Source: Myxococcota bacterium
Lineage (GTDB): Bacteria; Myxococcota; JACRCW01
DNA length: 64,000 nt
Direction: 5' to 3'
Assembly (NCBI GenBank): GCA_040752415.1
Contig: JBFMGU010000013.1
Location: forward strand, 1-64,000
Positions 61,817 through 64,000 of this stretch are shown piece by piece (the first letter of the stretch is position 1; each line of letters starts with the position of its first letter). The position numbers were made by a program, and so were the translations under genes. Under the pieces are notes generated by a model, which did no database searches, had not been told where the DNA came from, and saw nothing but the letters and a program-made list of their open reading frames with translations.

Positions 61817-62230
61817 ATGCAACAGAGACCCGACCCGAGCACGCTCCTCGACGCCGTGTGCAGCTTCCTCCTGACCGAGGTGGCGCCGAAGATCGACGAC
61901 AAGGCGCTCAGCTTCCGCGTCATGATCGCCGCCAACCTGGCCAACATCGTCAGCCAGGAGCTGCGCACCGACGAGAAGCGTCTCTCCGACGAGCTCCAGC
62001 GCCTCCAGGCCATCCTCCCCGACGTCACCGGGGACGCCTCCCAGCTGCGCACCCGCGCGGAGCGCCTGGCCGCGCTGGACACGTTGAACCGCGCGCTGGC
62101 CAGGGGACTGCGGGAACGCCACTTCTCCGGCGCGCAGATGGACACCATCCTGGAGCACGTGCGGGTGACCACGCTGGAGACGCTGGCGGTCACCAACCCG
62201 CGCTTTGACGCTTCCGACGAGATCGAGTGA
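61817..62230 (+). CDS. Small helical protein, DUF6285/LvaB-like
   Basis: MQQRPD...LLDAVCSFL...FRVMIAANL...LAVTNPRF; starts 1 nt after the kinase stop. Confidence 0.8.
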   Translation: MQQRPDPSTLLDAVCSFLLTEVAPKIDDKALSFRVMIAANLANIVSQELRTDEKRLSDELQRLQAILPDVTGDASQLRTRAERLAALDTLNRALARGLRERHFSGAQMDTILEHVRVTTLETLAVTNPRFDASDEIE

Positions 62231-62237
62231 GGCCCCC

Positions 62238-63431
62238 GTGGATTTCGAGCTGAGCCCCGAGCTCAAGGTCATGCGCGGCAAGGTGCGCGCTTTTGTCGAC
62301 GAGCACATCATTCCCGCGGAGCAACGCATCCTGGCGGAGGACCGGGCCGGGTCGCGGGAGACGTTGAAGGGTCTGCAGGCACGCGCCCGCGCGGAAGGCC
62401 TGTGGACGCCGCACCTGCCCGGGGAGTTTGGCGGTCTGGGTCTCGGGCCCATGGGCATGTGCACGTTGTTCCGGGAGATGGGCCGCTCCTTCGTCGGTGC
62501 CAAGGTCTTCAACTGCGACGCGCCCGACCAGGGCAACATGGACCTGCTGCTGCAGTCCGCCAGCCCCGCCATCCGTGAACGCTGGCTCCGTCCGCTCTGC
62601 AACGGCGAGATCACCAGCGCGTTCTCCATGACCGAGCCCGCCCCCGGCGCCGGCGCCGACCCGGGCAACCTGCGCACCAGCGCCGTCAAGCGCGGTGACC
62701 GCTGGGTCATCAACGGACACAAGTGGTTCTCCACCGGTGGCGGAAAGGCGGCGTTCCTCATCGTCATGGCGCGCACCAGCGACGATCCCAAGCACGGCGC
62801 CACCATGTTCGTCGTTGACCGCAAGCAGGCCGGCGTGGAGCACGTGCGGGATGTGCCCACCATGGGACCGCCGCTGCTGGATCACCTGGAAGCGGAGCTC
62901 AAGTTCCACGACGTGGAGGTGGGCGAGGAGGCCCTCCTGGGCGGCGTGGGCCAGGGTTTCCGCTTGGCCCAGGCGCGCCTGGTGCCCGCGCGACTCACCC
63001 ACTGCATGCGGTGGCTGGGGCTGGCGGAGCGCACGTTGCAGATGTGCAAGGCGTACATCACCACGCGTGAGAGCTTTGGAAAGGTGCTGGCGAGACACCA
63101 GGCCATCCAGGAGATGCTCGCGGTGTCGGCGACGGAGATCCACGCCGGGAACCTCATGACCTTCCACTGCGCGTGGATGCTGGAGCAGGGACTGGCGGTG
63201 CAGGCCAAGCCCTATTCCTCCATGGCCAAGAACCACGTGGCGCGCCTGCTCTGCGACGTGCTGGACCGCGCCATCCAGATGCACGGCGCGCTGGGCATCA
63301 GCGAGGACCTTCCGTTCTCCACCTGGTACCGCTCCGCGCGCGCCGCTCGCATTGCCGACGGGCCCGAGGAGGTCCACCGCGCCGCCATTGCGCGCGACTT
63401 CCTGCTCGGCCGCTTCGAGCTGTTGGTGTGA
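62238..63431 (+). CDS. Acyl-CoA dehydrogenase family protein (LvaC / ACAD10-11-like)
   Basis: NCDAPDQGNM, FSMTEP, INGHKWF, AQARL...RLTHCMR, AIQMHGALG, RIADGPEEVH. Confidence 0.95.
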   Translation: MDFELSPELKVMRGKVRAFVDEHIIPAEQRILAEDRAGSRETLKGLQARARAEGLWTPHLPGEFGGLGLGPMGMCTLFREMGRSFVGAKVFNCDAPDQGNMDLLLQSASPAIRERWLRPLCNGEITSAFSMTEPAPGAGADPGNLRTSAVKRGDRWVINGHKWFSTGGGKAAFLIVMARTSDDPKHGATMFVVDRKQAGVEHVRDVPTMGPPLLDHLEAELKFHDVEVGEEALLGGVGQGFRLAQARLVPARLTHCMRWLGLAERTLQMCKAYITTRESFGKVLARHQAIQEMLAVSATEIHAGNLMTFHCAWMLEQGLAVQAKPYSSMAKNHVARLLCDVLDRAIQMHGALGISEDLPFSTWYRSARAARIADGPEEVHRAAIARDFLLGRFELLV

Positions 63432-63553
63432 GGCCTCCCCCGCGCTGAACACGAAAACGCCGCGGCGACTCCGCCGTCATCCCTGGATGGTGTAGAAGCG
63501 GCATCCGCATGTCCCGCTTGACCGGCGTGGCCATGGACGGGAGCCTGGTCCCC

Positions 63554-64000
63554 ATGCCCAAGAAGTCGACGCCCAAGGCCACCAGCACGCGCGCCGCCCG
63601 CAGTCAGGAGCGCAAGCAGCGCATGCTGGAGCACACCCGAAGGGAAATCCTCGAGGCCGCGGTGCGGGCGCTGGCCAAGCACGGCCCCACGAGCACCACG
63701 GTGCATCACATCGCGTCGGAAGCGGGCTTCACCGCCGCCTCGCTCTACACCTACTTCCCCAGCCGCGACGCCATCATCGAGGCCCTGGCCGAGTCCATGA
63801 TCCAGCAGGCCATGGCGATCTACGAGCTCGCGCCGCCAGAAGGGCTTTCCTTCGAGCGTCGCCTGGAGTGGTTCATCCGGCAGCACCTGTCACTGGTGGA
63901 CAGTCACCGTGAAGCTTTTGGCGTGTTCACGGCGCTGCTGATGTCCGGCGCCATTCCCGAGGGTATGCGACGTCGCTACCACGAGGAGCAGGACGTGGGA
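63554..64000 (+). CDS. TetR/AcrR-family transcriptional regulator (runs off the window end)
   Basis: Manual translation: ...RREILEAAVRALAKHGPTSTTVHHIASEAGFTAASLYTYFPSRDAII; absent from the ORF track; in-frame ATG also at 63509. Confidence 0.9.
   Translation, partial: MPKKSTPKATSTRAARSQERKQRMLEHTRREILEAAVRALAKHGPTSTTVHHIASEAGFTAASLYTYFPSRDAIIEALAESMIQQAMAIYELAPPEGLSFERRLEWFIRQHLSLVDSHREAFGVFTALLMSGAIPEGMRRRYHEEQDVG

Overview
GC-rich chromosomal window that looks like Myxococcota (inferred from five proteins with MYXO-CTERM-type Cys + hydrophobic helix + Arg-rich tails). It holds about 40 genes and no rRNA, tRNA, CRISPR array, integrase or transposase that I can support. Housekeeping and metabolic genes: cyclophilin, a divergent EF-G paralogue, xseA-xseB-ispA, hmgA-hppD, ribA, sdaA, an enoyl-CoA hydratase, and an lvaABC-like kinase/small protein/acyl-CoA dehydrogenase trio with a TetR gene. 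These are interleaved with many surface proteins: two double-Kelch proteins (one ~3,420 aa with ~22 Ig-like repeats), S8, trypsin-like and M4 proteases, a C-type lectin lipoprotein and an ABABAB FG-GAP-like lipoprotein. The strongest novelty candidates are (i) a ~1,330-aa lipoprotein made of five copies of an unrecognised ~260-aa Cys-patterned domain, (ii) a lipoprotein of five tandem conotoxin/knottin-framework modules, and (iii) a GAF-REC-kinase / CheR / coiled-coil hybrid kinase operon without CheB. Also found: two REP-like palindromic clusters and a frameshifted PhnB/VOC gene remnant that the ORF track misses. All family calls come from motif recognition by eye; no searches were run.
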